Shown here piece by piece: positions 17,425 to 27,075 of a stretch of DNA of 63,299 nucleotides. Position 1 is the first letter of the stretch, and the number at the start of each line of letters is the position of its first letter. A program made the position numbers and the translations under genes. The DNA comes from a virus (lineage: Duplodnaviria > Caudoviricetes), in IMG/VR virus record IMGVR_UViG_3300009678_000063, positions 1 to 63,299 of that record; one strand, given 5' to 3'. The notes under the pieces are model-generated. The model was not told where the DNA came from, did no database searches, and saw only the letters and a program-made list of their open reading frames with translations.

Positions 17425-18211
17425 GGTACTGTTCGACGAAGCCCTAGAACTGGCCGCCAAGGATGGCCAATGGGAGGGCATGCCTTACGAAATCCTTACC
17501 GGTATCCGGGCGCAGGTGACCTCGTGGCGGCCGAGTGAGTTCAGCGCCACGCAGACCCTCTCCTGCCCACGCAAGGTGTACCTTGAGGCCGAAGAGGACT
17601 ACTACGTGGCACCGGCGGACAACTTCGCAACCTTCCGCGGCACGGTCATTCACACCATCCTCGACCAGAACAAGACTGATGATGCGATTACCGAAGAGCG
17701 GGTCCAACGCGATCATCGCGGCATCATCATCACTGGGGCTCCGGACAGTTTGCGACTACGCTTCCGCGGAAGGACTGGCGAGCGCCACCTACTTCGCGAC
17801 TGGAAGTCGGCGAAGTCACTGCCTAAGTGGGACAACCCCTATACCAACCACCAGCAGCAGGTCAACCTCTACCGATGGCTCCTGAAACTAGAGCCCGAAG
17901 AGACGGACATGGAGGTCGTGTACGTCTCCATGGAAGGCGTCAAGATTCTCAAGGTCAAGCCCTCGCAGGTATGGACCGACGCGGACGTCGAGGCATTCCT
18001 CGACCGGCGCCTGCTGGTCCTGAACAGCCAGCGTGAGTCCGGCCGTCCTGTAGCCTACTACAGCGTGGACGAGGACGACCTGTGGCAGTGCGAGTACTGC
18101 CCGGTCCGGCAGGTATGCTACCGGAAGGCCGCCGGGGAGATTCAGGTCGGGCTGGTAACCGAGCCCGAGGCCGTGCAGCGGGTCGTACCGCGGACTAGGA
18201 AGAAGAAGTGA
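17387..18211 (+). CDS. Cas4/RecB-like PD-(D/E)XK exonuclease
   Basis: CPRK, GT.IH, G.PD, DWKS, QVNLY, CEYCP.RQVC (Fe-S cysteines). Confidence 0.85.
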   Translation: MPQVGWLTSSRSKVLFDEALELAAKDGQWEGMPYEILTGIRAQVTSWRPSEFSATQTLSCPRKVYLEAEEDYYVAPADNFATFRGTVIHTILDQNKTDDAITEERVQRDHRGIIITGAPDSLRLRFRGRTGERHLLRDWKSAKSLPKWDNPYTNHQQQVNLYRWLLKLEPEETDMEVVYVSMEGVKILKVKPSQVWTDADVEAFLDRRLLVLNSQRESGRPVAYYSVDEDDLWQCEYCPVRQVCYRKAAGEIQVGLVTEPEAVQRVVPRTRKKK

Positions 18212-18275
18212 CCGACCACCTGATCGTCACGATCTGCGCCATACTCGGACACCGTGTCCGTCACGGCGCCTGCCT

Positions 18276-18497
18276 ATGCGGCCTGAGGAGGGCCTAGCCT
18301 TGTCGAACTCGAACCGGTGCGCGGTCTGCAAGACCCTGCTCAACTTCCACGGTATCTCCCACCGTCCTCGTTTGGGCTGGTGGGCCCGCTGGTCGCACTG
18401 CCCCGGCTGTGGGCTGTACTACGAGCAGACCGAGGTCAGCGTCGGCTACATCGGCAAGAAGGCCCCGGACCCGAGCAACTTCCGGTCCATCCAATGA
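18276..18497 (+). CDS. Small zinc-finger protein
   Basis: CAVC...CPGC; start uncertain. Confidence 0.45.
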   Translation: MRPEEGLALSNSNRCAVCKTLLNFHGISHRPRLGWWARWSHCPGCGLYYEQTEVSVGYIGKKAPDPSNFRSIQ

Positions 18498-18664
18498 TTG
18501 AGGTAGAGGACTACGCCTGCCCATCGTGCGGCAAAGACACCCTGAGCGTATCGCTCGACGTCATCCTGTCCGGGGTGGACGAGGTAATGGTCGAGTGTAC
18601 GTCATGCGGGTCCACCTACGAGACTGACCTAGTGTTCAGAGAGGAACCAGATGCCGAGGAATGA
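18494..18664 (+). CDS. Zinc-ribbon protein
   Basis: CPSCG...CTSCG. Confidence 0.55.
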   Translation: MIEVEDYACPSCGKDTLSVSLDVILSGVDEVMVECTSCGSTYETDLVFREEPDAEE

Positions 18665-19232
18665 CCGCGCCGTCATCCTAGACCTAGAGACCACCGGCAA
18701 CAAGATTGAACTGGACGAGGTCGTCGAGGTCGGCTGTGTCTTGGTGACCCTGCCGGACATCTCAACCGTCTCGGAGAGGACCATCCTCATCCAGCCCTCA
18801 GTCGCCGGCATGCACCGCATCGAGCGCAACGACACCGTCCGCAAGATGCACGAGGCCAACGGGTTGCTGAATGACTTGGCAATCGAGAACGGTTCTGTCA
18901 CGGCGAGCGAGGCCGATTACGACCTGTCCACGTGGCTCCTAGCCATCAACAATGGCGACCCAATGCACACGCCCTACGGTGGCTCTGGCGTATCTCACTT
19001 CGACCGCCAGTTCATCCGGAAGTTCTTGCCAAGGTTCGACGCCCTCCTGTCCTTTTGGGCGTACGACGTTGGCGTTACACGCCGCATGAGCGCGCTCGTC
19101 GGAGCGTCCACCTACCCCATCACCGGCAAGACCCACCGTGCGCTCGACGACGCTCGGGTCCACGCCGCCGAGTTCCGGTTCTACCTTGAGCGGCTCAAGT
19201 TTGCCGACCGGTACTGGGGTCTGGTAGAGTAG
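18651..19232 (+). CDS. DEDDh 3'-5' exonuclease (oligoribonuclease-like)
   Basis: LDLETTG, FDRQF, HRALDD. Confidence 0.85.
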   Translation: MPRNDRAVILDLETTGNKIELDEVVEVGCVLVTLPDISTVSERTILIQPSVAGMHRIERNDTVRKMHEANGLLNDLAIENGSVTASEADYDLSTWLLAINNGDPMHTPYGGSGVSHFDRQFIRKFLPRFDALLSFWAYDVGVTRRMSALVGASTYPITGKTHRALDDARVHAAEFRFYLERLKFADRYWGLVE

Positions 19233-19236
19233 TGCG

Positions 19237-20511
19237 GTGACCGAAGCCCTTCTCAATACCGAGGCCGAGACCACGGCACTCGCCGGCATCCTCTCGAACC
19301 CGACGGACTTCTGGTCCATCAACGACGTTGGCCTGCTGTCTGATGACTTCATCTCGCTCGGCCACCGGGCGGTTATGCGGGCCGTACTTGATGTAGCCGG
19401 TGACCGGAAGGTGCCCGAGGTACCGTCGGTCATCGAGCACCTGCGCGGTGGTGACACTCACGCCGACGAACTAGCCGTCAAGTTGTCATTGACCGGTGTG
19501 ACCGTGCCGCAAGCCGTCGAGGCCGCGCGCATCGTCAAGGGCCTTGCCACTTCGCGGCGACTACAGTCGGTCGGCGCGCGCATCATTGAGATAGCCCGCG
19601 AGCACCGGTCCGACAGCGCCTCAGCCATCAGCGAGTCCGACTCCCTGCTCCGTGGCGTACGCGCTACCCTGCCGGCCGAGGACCGCAGCCCTGACCCGTC
19701 CGACATCCTCGACCGGCTCGCCTCGTACGAGACTGTACCGGGCATTCAGATTCGATTCAGCCCACGGCTCAACGGCCTACTGGGCGGCATGATGCCGGGC
19801 CACCTGTGGGTACTGGGCGGATTCTCGTCCACCGGTAAGAGCGCCGCCCTGACCAACCTCGTCAAGGACGCCCTCCGAGCCCGCAAGTGGGTCGGCGTGT
19901 TCAGCCTAGAGATGACGCAGGAACAGTACCTTATCCGGCTACTATCTCTCCTGTCGGGCGTACCGCAGGGCGACATCAAGAGCCGCTCGTACATCGGGCT
20001 CGACGTGGTGGAGAACGTTCGAGCGGCCGAAGCGTACCTTCGCCGGGCGCCGCTGCGGGTCTACGATACCGTATACCGATTGAACGACATCCGCAGCAAG
20101 GCTATTCAGATGAAGGAGACCATGGGCCTCGACCTGATGGCCGTGGACTTCATCCAGAACGTGCACGTTGAGGGCGACGAGGTCAAGGATGCTCGGACCA
20201 CCATCCTGACGTTGCAGAACCTTGCCAAGGAACTGGACTGCACCGTGCTAGCCCTGTCTCAGGTGTCCAACGAGATGGCCAAGTGGGAGGGCGACAAGAA
20301 CTACTACTCCTTCAAGGGCCATGGTGCCATCAGGGACGCCGCGGACGTGGCCATCATGCTCAAGCGCGACCGCGTCGCCTCGCCGGGGGTGATGGACTTC
20401 AACGTCGTCAAGAACCGGCACGGTGAGTTCTCCAACATCCCAATGAACTTCGACATGAGGACCGGGCGGCTAGTAGAGGCCGACGAACTAGTAAACGAGG
20501 GAGACGACTGA
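19237..20511 (+). CDS. dnaB: Replicative DNA helicase
   Basis: GFSSTGKS Walker A, FSLEM, VDFIQ, LAKELDC.VLALSQ, DADV, KNRHG. Confidence 0.93.
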   Translation: MTEALLNTEAETTALAGILSNPTDFWSINDVGLLSDDFISLGHRAVMRAVLDVAGDRKVPEVPSVIEHLRGGDTHADELAVKLSLTGVTVPQAVEAARIVKGLATSRRLQSVGARIIEIAREHRSDSASAISESDSLLRGVRATLPAEDRSPDPSDILDRLASYETVPGIQIRFSPRLNGLLGGMMPGHLWVLGGFSSTGKSAALTNLVKDALRARKWVGVFSLEMTQEQYLIRLLSLLSGVPQGDIKSRSYIGLDVVENVRAAEAYLRRAPLRVYDTVYRLNDIRSKAIQMKETMGLDLMAVDFIQNVHVEGDEVKDARTTILTLQNLAKELDCTVLALSQVSNEMAKWEGDKNYYSFKGHGAIRDAADVAIMLKRDRVASPGVMDFNVVKNRHGEFSNIPMNFDMRTGRLVEADELVNEGDD

Positions 20512-20693
20512 TGGAGTACGACGCCGAGACGATTGAGACCGTTGCCCGGGTATCGGCCATGATGCAGGGCCGACGCGCTTCGTTCAACACCCACCAGTTC
20601 TACCGTAAGAGCATGCTCGACACGGCCGAAGAGTTCCTTCGGAGAATGAACGACCTAGGGTATCATCTTGTGCGGGAGACCGATGAGGGTTAG
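20511..20693 (+). CDS. Hypothetical protein
   Basis: GAGGAG RBS, TGATG coupling. Confidence 0.55.
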   Translation: MEYDAETIETVARVSAMMQGRRASFNTHQFYRKSMLDTAEEFLRRMNDLGYHLVRETDEG

Positions 20694-21219
20694 GCGTGCG
20701 CTCGCGGCGGCGGTAGCAGCACTCGTCCTCCTGTCCGCCCCGGCATCGGGCGGTACCTACGCAGGCTGCTACGCCTACCCGGTGGGACCCAATACCCCAA
20801 CTGGCATCGCTGGTTGCGAAGTGTGGGGTGACGGGATAGCCTCGTGGTACTCGTCCTCGGGCTCAGGGGTGGCCATGAACTTCTGCACGTGGGTCCGACG
20901 CCACGACACCGGCTGCGGCTCCGTCAGCATCTACTCGTATGACACTGGCGTCGAGGTCATCGCCCGGGTGGTGGACTTCTGTGACTGCTACACCGGTACC
21001 TCGAAGCAGCGAATAGTTGACCTACAGGGTGGCGTGGTATCCGCCCTTGGTCTGTCACGGTCGGCCGGGCTCTACAGTGTACGTGTCCTGCCGTCCGCCG
21101 GGAGCCCCACGGTCGTGATACCGGCTGCCACACCGGCGCCTACTCCGGCACCGACGCCGGTTGAGGAGCCCAAGCCCATCCTGTTGCACTGGTTGAGGTA
21201 CGATGATTTCGTTCGCTGA
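20683..21219 (+). CDS. Secreted RlpA/expansin-like (DPBB) protein
   Basis: Signal peptide, GIASWY, RIVDL, PT-rich linker. Confidence 0.6.
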   Translation: MRVRRALAAAVAALVLLSAPASGGTYAGCYAYPVGPNTPTGIAGCEVWGDGIASWYSSSGSGVAMNFCTWVRRHDTGCGSVSIYSYDTGVEVIARVVDFCDCYTGTSKQRIVDLQGGVVSALGLSRSAGLYSVRVLPSAGSPTVVIPAATPAPTPAPTPVEEPKPILLHWLRYDDFVR

Positions 21220-22276
21220 GGCCCGAGAGATTGGCGAGGTACTAGGCCGGACGGCCAGCATCCGTGAGAAGGCGCCCTCACCGGAGAACGTCATCCTCGC
21301 GCAGTCGGCCGGTGGCATTCTCAAGTTGGTCGCCGGCGCCGATACGCGGACCGTAATCGCCAGCGTAGGGCCCAGTGAGGTCGGTGTGGCGGTGCCGCTA
21401 CCGGCGCGGGACGTACTACAGATGTTCAAGACCCTCAAGGGTAAGGGGACCGCTGAACTCTCGCTCGATGGGCAGGGTCTTCTGGTGTCAACCGGCTCCG
21501 GTGGCTCGCTGAGAATCGGTCCCGCTGATGGGCCCGCGCCAAAGTTCCTCCGGCCAGTCCCTCCCGAGACGGAGTGGACGGCGGAGGTACGCCTAGGTCC
21601 GGGCGTGGTCGAGAGGATGGCCGCTATCGTGGGCATCATGACCAACGCGGTTCCGCTGGTGCTAGAGTACGTCGAGTGGACTAGCCACAAGGGTGGTCGC
21701 TTCATGGCCACCGACAACATGTACGCCGCCGCCTTCGGTCCATTCGAGCACACGTCCGTTGGCGGTGCTCACCACCTAGAGAAGACCTACCTACACGCCC
21801 TCAGGGGGCTCGACGGCGAGGCACTCATGCGATTCCTCCCGGGCCCGGCTAAGCAGGTCGCTAGGGTGCAGACTACCATAGGCCGTTACCACTTCATCGG
21901 TGTCCAGTTGCCCGGCGCCCCGCGCCTACCGGCCATGCCGGCGGCAACCACGGATGTTTCCATACGGACCAACCGGCTAGCGCTGGTCGGCTTGCTACGG
22001 TCACTGGGGGGTGCAAGCCCCATGGTGGCGCTGCGTTCGGACGGGCAGACGGCAACCGTCCTCGCCGCCAATGGTGGTGAGGGCTCGCTGGTCGCCGATG
22101 TAGACGGTGTGGGCGTCGTACGGTTCAGCCCGTCCGCCCTAAACAAGGCCCTCAATGTTGTCAAGGGGGACAGTGTTACGGTAACATACTTGTCGGGGGC
22201 CGCGTCCCCGATACGTGTGGTGGGAGACGATGCAGGGTGGCCGATACTCATGGCGCCAGCAATAGTGCCCCGATAG
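21203..22276 (+). CDS. Beta-sliding-clamp-like protein
   Basis: About 357 aa, ATD motif, C-terminal LMAP, replication context; weak similarity. Confidence 0.5.
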   Translation: MISFAEAREIGEVLGRTASIREKAPSPENVILAQSAGGILKLVAGADTRTVIASVGPSEVGVAVPLPARDVLQMFKTLKGKGTAELSLDGQGLLVSTGSGGSLRIGPADGPAPKFLRPVPPETEWTAEVRLGPGVVERMAAIVGIMTNAVPLVLEYVEWTSHKGGRFMATDNMYAAAFGPFEHTSVGGAHHLEKTYLHALRGLDGEALMRFLPGPAKQVARVQTTIGRYHFIGVQLPGAPRLPAMPAATTDVSIRTNRLALVGLLRSLGGASPMVALRSDGQTATVLAANGGEGSLVADVDGVGVVRFSPSALNKALNVVKGDSVTVTYLSGAASPIRVVGDDAGWPILMAPAIVPR

Positions 22277-22662
22277 GGGAACCACTCGACCCGTCCTACG
22301 ACTTGGCGAAGTACGTCAAGCGCCTGATGGTCGAACGACACGCGATCAGGGCGGCCTTGGAGTCGCCGGGCGGTAGCATTATCCTAGCGGGTACGTCTAC
22401 TGACCTAGATGCACTGAGGACGTACAGTTCTGTGATCGGCAACGACAGCCACTTGGACCTCATCGAGGCCGAGTCCGCCGTCAACCAGTTGTCGGTCGAA
22501 CAACGGATGGCCCTCCTCGCATGGTGCGATGGGATGTCACCGCAACAGGCGGCCCTCTACGTGTCACGTAAGACGGGCTCAAGGAAGTCAACAGAGGGCC
22601 ATGCGGCCTACAAGCGGATTGATCGAGCAGCCAGACGTGCTGCCGAGGGTATGGCGCAATGA
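22237..22662 (+). CDS. Sigma-region-4-like HTH protein
   Basis: AVNQLSVEQR.ALL....GMS..QAA...YKRIDRA pattern; start uncertain. Confidence 0.5.
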   Translation: MADTHGASNSAPIGEPLDPSYDLAKYVKRLMVERHAIRAALESPGGSIILAGTSTDLDALRTYSSVIGNDSHLDLIEAESAVNQLSVEQRMALLAWCDGMSPQQAALYVSRKTGSRKSTEGHAAYKRIDRAARRAAEGMAQ

Positions 22663-22832
22663 GCCCTACTCTAGAGGATGAGGCGAGTGAGATTCTGGCC
22701 CGGGACGCGAAGGCGTCAGGTCGGCCTCTCAGACGAATCGGCATCCTGAATGCCCGACGGCTTCGTCGGGTGGCAAGGAAGGAGATTCCGATGTCGGAAC
22801 TCCGGAGCCGACGCATAGTGGAGGACACCTAA
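22659..22832 (+). CDS. Small basic protein
   Basis: ATGA coupling, 57 aa. Confidence 0.45.
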   Translation: MSPTLEDEASEILARDAKASGRPLRRIGILNARRLRRVARKEIPMSELRSRRIVEDT

Positions 22833-22835
22833 CTA

Positions 22836-23567
22836 GTGCCAAACACGAACCATTTCTGGACCAAGGACGAGGAGTCCGCGGTCGTGTCGATGGACTGGGC
22901 AGACTTTAGTGAGTCGTACCCGGACATCTCGTACAACGCCTTCCGGTTCAAGCGGAAGAGCATCGTAGAGGGACCCATCGGTCCCGCAAGGAAGCCGATT
23001 CCCAAGGCCGGCGGCAACGCCCGCACCTTCTCCGGGTTCACCATGGGATTCTTCGACATCGAGACAACGTTCTCGACGCAACCCCGAGTCCTGTACGCGG
23101 CCATCGCGGACGCGTGGGGCAACGTGGAGCGGTTCAGCCGCGACCAGTTCCCCGGCGAGCACCCCCTGTACGACGACAGCGAACTTGTGAACGCCATCGT
23201 CGAGGGCTGCAAGAAGTACGACATCATCGTGACGTGGAACGGCAAGATGTTCGACGTCCCTGTCATCAACGGACGACAGGCGTACCACGGGAACATCAAC
23301 CGGCTAGAGCCCAAGTTCCACCTTGACCTGATGTACTACGCTCGCGGACAGTCCATGCGGATTGGTCGCAGCAGCCTAGAGTCGGTCTCAAGGTACTTCG
23401 ATGCCCCTCACGCGAAGACCCCGCTGAGCGTGAAGACGTGGGACCGGGCAGTGGCGGGCGACGACAAGGCCTACGCCGAGATTGCGACGCACTGCGACGC
23501 GGACGTTCTCGTCCTGCGGGACGTGTTCAACAGTCTCAAGGGGAGCGTAGCCAAACTCCACCGATGA
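22836..23567 (+). CDS. RNase H-fold 3'-5' exonuclease (DnaQ/YprB-like)
   Basis: FFDIET, TWNGKMFDVP, HLDL, HCDADV. Confidence 0.8.
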   Translation: MPNTNHFWTKDEESAVVSMDWADFSESYPDISYNAFRFKRKSIVEGPIGPARKPIPKAGGNARTFSGFTMGFFDIETTFSTQPRVLYAAIADAWGNVERFSRDQFPGEHPLYDDSELVNAIVEGCKKYDIIVTWNGKMFDVPVINGRQAYHGNINRLEPKFHLDLMYYARGQSMRIGRSSLESVSRYFDAPHAKTPLSVKTWDRAVAGDDKAYAEIATHCDADVLVLRDVFNSLKGSVAKLHR

Positions 23568-23767
23568 TGTTTCTGGTCCTGCCGGACGTCGATTGCGCGC
23601 TCTGCATGGACCCGAAGCACGAAACCGACGGCCGGCCCTGTGGGTACCCGACGGTCAGGGTCATGAATGGACACCTGTCCACGATGTCCTGCGGGTGCCG
23701 GACGTACATCTACTTGAAGTCCCGTTGGGGCTTCAACCTTTACGCAACTGAGGCGGTACATGACTAA
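23564..23767 (+). CDS. Cys-rich hypothetical protein
   Basis: ATGA coupling. Confidence 0.45.
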   Translation: MMFLVLPDVDCALCMDPKHETDGRPCGYPTVRVMNGHLSTMSCGCRTYIYLKSRWGFNLYATEAVHD

Positions 23768-23987
23768 CACCATCGGTGTAATCGCGGCGGCACTGGCGGC
23801 CGTGGTTGCCATCCTTCTTTTCACTTCCTTCGTCCTCATGCTAGCGTGGAATGCGTCCATCGCGACCATCTTCGACATCTCGGAGATAGACCTAGGTCAG
23901 GCACTCGGCCTGAACTTTGTGGCATGGACCCTATTCGGTTCCTCGAAGGCAGGCGCCTCCTTTGCCGCGAATCCTAGTCAGAAGTGA
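23760..23987 (+). CDS. Membrane protein
   Basis: Two hydrophobic segments. Confidence 0.6.
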   Translation: MTNTIGVIAAALAAVVAILLFTSFVLMLAWNASIATIFDISEIDLGQALGLNFVAWTLFGSSKAGASFAANPSQK

Positions 23988-24387
23988 GGCGCAGCGCCGG
24001 CTAGACCGGGCCAAGGCCTCCGAGCGGAGGCTGGCCCGCTGGTTGGTGGAGCACGACGGACCTGACCCGTCAATGATGCCGGGCGCCGGCGTTGCTACTC
24101 CCACCGGTAGGGTGGGTCACCTGTTCCGGTACGACGTACCGAGCCTGCACTACCGTGCGGAGAACAAGCACATCAAGATAGGGTCCCTCTGGCGGGTATG
24201 GAAGCAGGTAGCGGACATCGCCAAGTTGGCGGACAAGCACCCGCTCGTCCGCATTGAGCCGACGAACCCTGACGCCCGTCAGTACCCGAAACTCCACATC
24301 ATCAGCGAGCAGCGGCATCAGGAACTCCTAGCCGCGGAGCAGTGGATGTTGTCGTACCGTCCCAAGGATGGTATACTTGATGACTGA
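23962..24387 (+). CDS. Holliday-junction-resolvase-like PD-(D/E)XK nuclease
   Basis: K..ERRLA...D...AENK...W.Q. Confidence 0.5.
   Translation: MPRILVRSEAQRRLDRAKASERRLARWLVEHDGPDPSMMPGAGVATPTGRVGHLFRYDVPSLHYRAENKHIKIGSLWRVWKQVADIAKLADKHPLVRIEPTNPDARQYPKLHIISEQRHQELLAAEQWMLSYRPKDGILDD
24349..24377 (+). promoter_or_regulatory. Canonical sigma70-type promoter for the SSB operon
   Basis: TTGTCG-N17-TATACT with extended TG. Confidence 0.55.
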
Positions 24388-24459
24388 GTTATTCACTAGA
24401 AGTGGCATATTCACCGAATGAGTGAATATAGCCTTAGCAGCATATAAGGAGCACCTAGG

Positions 24460-25029
24460 TTGACCTACATCTTTGAATCCAAGGACGAGTTCGAGGCCCG
24501 CCGCGGGTCTGACTTTACCCTTCTCCCCGAGGACGATTACATCGTCGAAGTGAAGGAGATTGAGGTCAAGCACGACGTCCCCAACCAGTTCAAGCCCGAC
24601 GAGAAGCCCGGCGACCGCTGGAACGTTCGCCTCAGGGTAATCTCCTTCTCCAACGGGGACGACCTCGTTGACGTGGACGGCAACCCGCCCGATGGCGAGC
24701 GCCTGTTCTTCGCCTTCCTCGACCCTGCCCGACGTGGCCTCGTTCCGCGCCCTTCCAAGACGCGCAAGTTCCTCGCGGCCGCCCTTGGCGTCAACGTCGA
24801 GGACCGCATCGAGTTGAACTCACTTGAGGACCTCATCGGCAAGCGGATGAACGTCACCATCATCCACAAGAACGGGTGGGCCCGGCCGGACGACTTCCGT
24901 CCGATTCGGAAGCGCCTCGCAGCGGCCCCTAAGGTCACTGACGAGACCGTGAAGGCCGAGGCTGAGGCCAAGTTGGCACCGGCAGCACCGGTGGCGGCCG
25001 AGGAAATCTTTGCCGAGGTCCCCTTCTAG
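24460..25029 (+). CDS. Phage single-stranded DNA-binding protein (DUF669-like)
   Basis: F.LLPEDDY.VEV, acidic C-terminus ending EVPF. Confidence 0.65.
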   Translation: MTYIFESKDEFEARRGSDFTLLPEDDYIVEVKEIEVKHDVPNQFKPDEKPGDRWNVRLRVISFSNGDDLVDVDGNPPDGERLFFAFLDPARRGLVPRPSKTRKFLAAALGVNVEDRIELNSLEDLIGKRMNVTIIHKNGWARPDDFRPIRKRLAAAPKVTDETVKAEAEAKLAPAAPVAAEEIFAEVPF

Positions 25030-25033
25030 GCCC

Positions 25034-25336
25034 GTGGAAATCACTACGCTCGACCGGTACCAGATGGAGGCCCTTCGCACGGCATCGAGCCATGCGACGC
25101 CCGAGGAACGGTTCTCCGTCCTCGCGCTCGGGCTCTCCGAAGGTGCCGGCGGCGTAGCACACCGGGTCCGCCTTGCCCTACAGGGTGAGGAACTGGACGA
25201 GAACCGGGTGTTCTACGAGTTGGGGGACATCCTGTGGTACGTGGCCAACATGGCCGACTACCTAGGGGTGAGCATGTCGGAAGTGGCTACCGCCAACATC
25301 GACAAGTTGAAGGCGCGCTACTCAATCAACGACTAG
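25034..25336 (+). CDS. MazG-like nucleotide pyrophosphohydrolase
   Basis: YQ..A.RT, ELGDILWYVA, NIDKL.ARY. Confidence 0.8.
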   Translation: MEITTLDRYQMEALRTASSHATPEERFSVLALGLSEGAGGVAHRVRLALQGEELDENRVFYELGDILWYVANMADYLGVSMSEVATANIDKLKARYSIND

Positions 25337-25346
25337 GGGCATTCCC

Positions 25347-26249
25347 GTGTACACCTTTGCGGAAGCGGTTGAGTCGATTGTGGGGTCCCGTCCGGCTGGA
25401 CGTGGCAAGAACGTAATGGTTCGTTGCCCGGTCCACGAGGACCGGGACCCCTCGTTGTCTGTCAACCTCGACAACGGGCTCTGGATTTGCTTCGGTTGCG
25501 GAGCGAAGGGCAACATCATCGGGCTGGCTGAGCGGTTCGGCGTTACCCTCGACGACGACGCCATTGCCCTGTCGAGGGCCCGGTCCTTGGACCTCCCCGA
25601 GCCGTCAGTGGACTTCGCCGACAGGGGCAAGGAACTGGCCGCCAGCCTGTTCCTCCATCGCCCGCAGGTAATCGTGGACTACATCAACGGCCGGTCACTG
25701 TCACCGCTCACTGTTCGTCACTTCTCGATGGGGTACGACCACGGCAAGAACGCCGTCGCGATGCCCTACTGGGACGGCGACGTTGTAACCGGCATCAAGT
25801 ACCGGACCGGGGACGGGAAGAAGTTTAGCGAGCCCGGTAGCCACTACGGCATCTACAACGTGGACAACGTTCGCCAGAAGCCCATCGTGGTCCTCTGCGA
25901 GGGCGAGTCCGACACTCACGCGGCGTGGTCCGCCTTGACATCCATGGGGATTAGTGGTACAATCGTTAGAGAGGTTGGGGTAGGTGGCCTATCAGGCGCC
26001 TCAATCTCCCCGGAGCGATGGGAAGTCCTATCAGTGGACCTCCTGTGGGCCAAGAAGGTCATTGTCATCTTCGACAATGACGAGGCCGGCCACCGTGGCG
26101 CCAGCATCGCCGTTCAGGCGATTGGACAGCGCGCCACCACCCTCACTCCCACTCGTGGAACCGACCTGTCCGACCATCTGATGTCGGGCGGCACCCTCAA
26201 GGAGATTGGATTGCTCGATGAACTCGCCAAGTACCCTGTCGCTGAGTGA
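25347..26249 (+). CDS. DNA primase (CHC2 zinc finger + TOPRIM)
   Basis: CPVHEDRDPS...CFGCG; CEGESD; FDNDEAG. Confidence 0.9.
   Translation: MYTFAEAVESIVGSRPAGRGKNVMVRCPVHEDRDPSLSVNLDNGLWICFGCGAKGNIIGLAERFGVTLDDDAIALSRARSLDLPEPSVDFADRGKELAASLFLHRPQVIVDYINGRSLSPLTVRHFSMGYDHGKNAVAMPYWDGDVVTGIKYRTGDGKKFSEPGSHYGIYNVDNVRQKPIVVLCEGESDTHAAWSALTSMGISGTIVREVGVGGLSGASISPERWEVLSVDLLWAKKVIVIFDNDEAGHRGASIAVQAIGQRATTLTPTRGTDLSDHLMSGGTLKEIGLLDELAKYPVAE
25935..25963 (+). promoter_or_regulatory. Consensus sigma70 promoter inside the primase gene
   Basis: TTGACA-N17-TACAAT with extended TG. Confidence 0.6.
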
Positions 26250-26538
26250 CCTACGGGCGCAGGCCGACAAGTGGCCCGGCGGACGTACGGTCATCTTCAA
26301 GTGGCTCGTAAACCACGACCTCATTCCACCGATGATGGAACCGCCCTCAAAGCGGGTCGTTGTCCGGCTCGGCGGTGACCCCGACGCCATCGCGACAGAC
26401 TACATCGCCGCATCGGCGGCCGAGTGGGACTCATGGGGTAAGACAGACCCTCGTGACTTCGTCAGCGCCCTAGAGACCGAGTACGGTCAGCGGTATGACG
26501 CAGTGTCAGAGGTCCTGTCCTCCCTAGGGAGGGAGTAG
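26218..26538 (+). CDS. Hypothetical protein
   Basis: In-operon ORF. Confidence 0.55.
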   Translation: MNSPSTLSLSDLRAQADKWPGGRTVIFKWLVNHDLIPPMMEPPSKRVVVRLGGDPDAIATDYIAASAAEWDSWGKTDPRDFVSALETEYGQRYDAVSEVLSSLGRE

Positions 26539-26540
26539 GC

Positions 26541-26918
26541 GTGGACGTACAGGTAATCGAGGCCGGTAATCGCAGCACGGTAACCTCAAAGGCCCGTCGT
26601 TTCGCCCCCCAAGGGGTGATCGTACTGGGGCAACTCCTAGAGCGGATGGAGTTCGCCGACAACGCGTTCGTAGCCCTCGACTGGTCCAACGAACTGGGCC
26701 TCAACCCCTCGGGCGACACAAAGCCAATCGTGTACGTCAGGGTGGCCAAGCGGACCTTCTTCGATAAGAAGCCCGTCATTACCACGGAGGTCAGGCTAGA
26801 CGTCGAGGACCTGTTCGGAACGGACAGCATGACGGCGGAGAACCTACTGATGGTGGTACAACAGATTGCGGACAAGATGCAACTAGAGATTTTCCGGAGG
26901 AAGTCGGACGATGGATGA
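26541..26918 (+). CDS. Hypothetical protein
   Basis: GGAG RBS. Confidence 0.6.
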   Translation: MDVQVIEAGNRSTVTSKARRFAPQGVIVLGQLLERMEFADNAFVALDWSNELGLNPSGDTKPIVYVRVAKRTFFDKKPVITTEVRLDVEDLFGTDSMTAENLLMVVQQIADKMQLEIFRRKSDDG

Positions 26919-27075
26919 CACGGATAACATCTGGATTCGGTTGCCATCAGCGCGCGTTCTATCGCCCGCTGAGATGGACCTGCTCCGGGCGGCGGTTGAT
27001 GTCATCTGCGCTAGTCCGACAGACGTGTGGGTGGGCGAGAACGTAGCCAATCCGGCGGTAGAGTACCGTGGGTAA
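26911..27075 (+). CDS. Small hypothetical protein
   Basis: 54-aa ORF filling the gap with overlaps. Confidence 0.4.
   Translation: MDDTDNIWIRLPSARVLSPAEMDLLRAAVDVICASPTDVWVGENVANPAVEYRG

Noticed and set aside
17387-18211. CRISPR-Cas system
   Set aside because: Only a solo Cas4-like nuclease, which is common in phages; no repeat-spacer array or other cas genes
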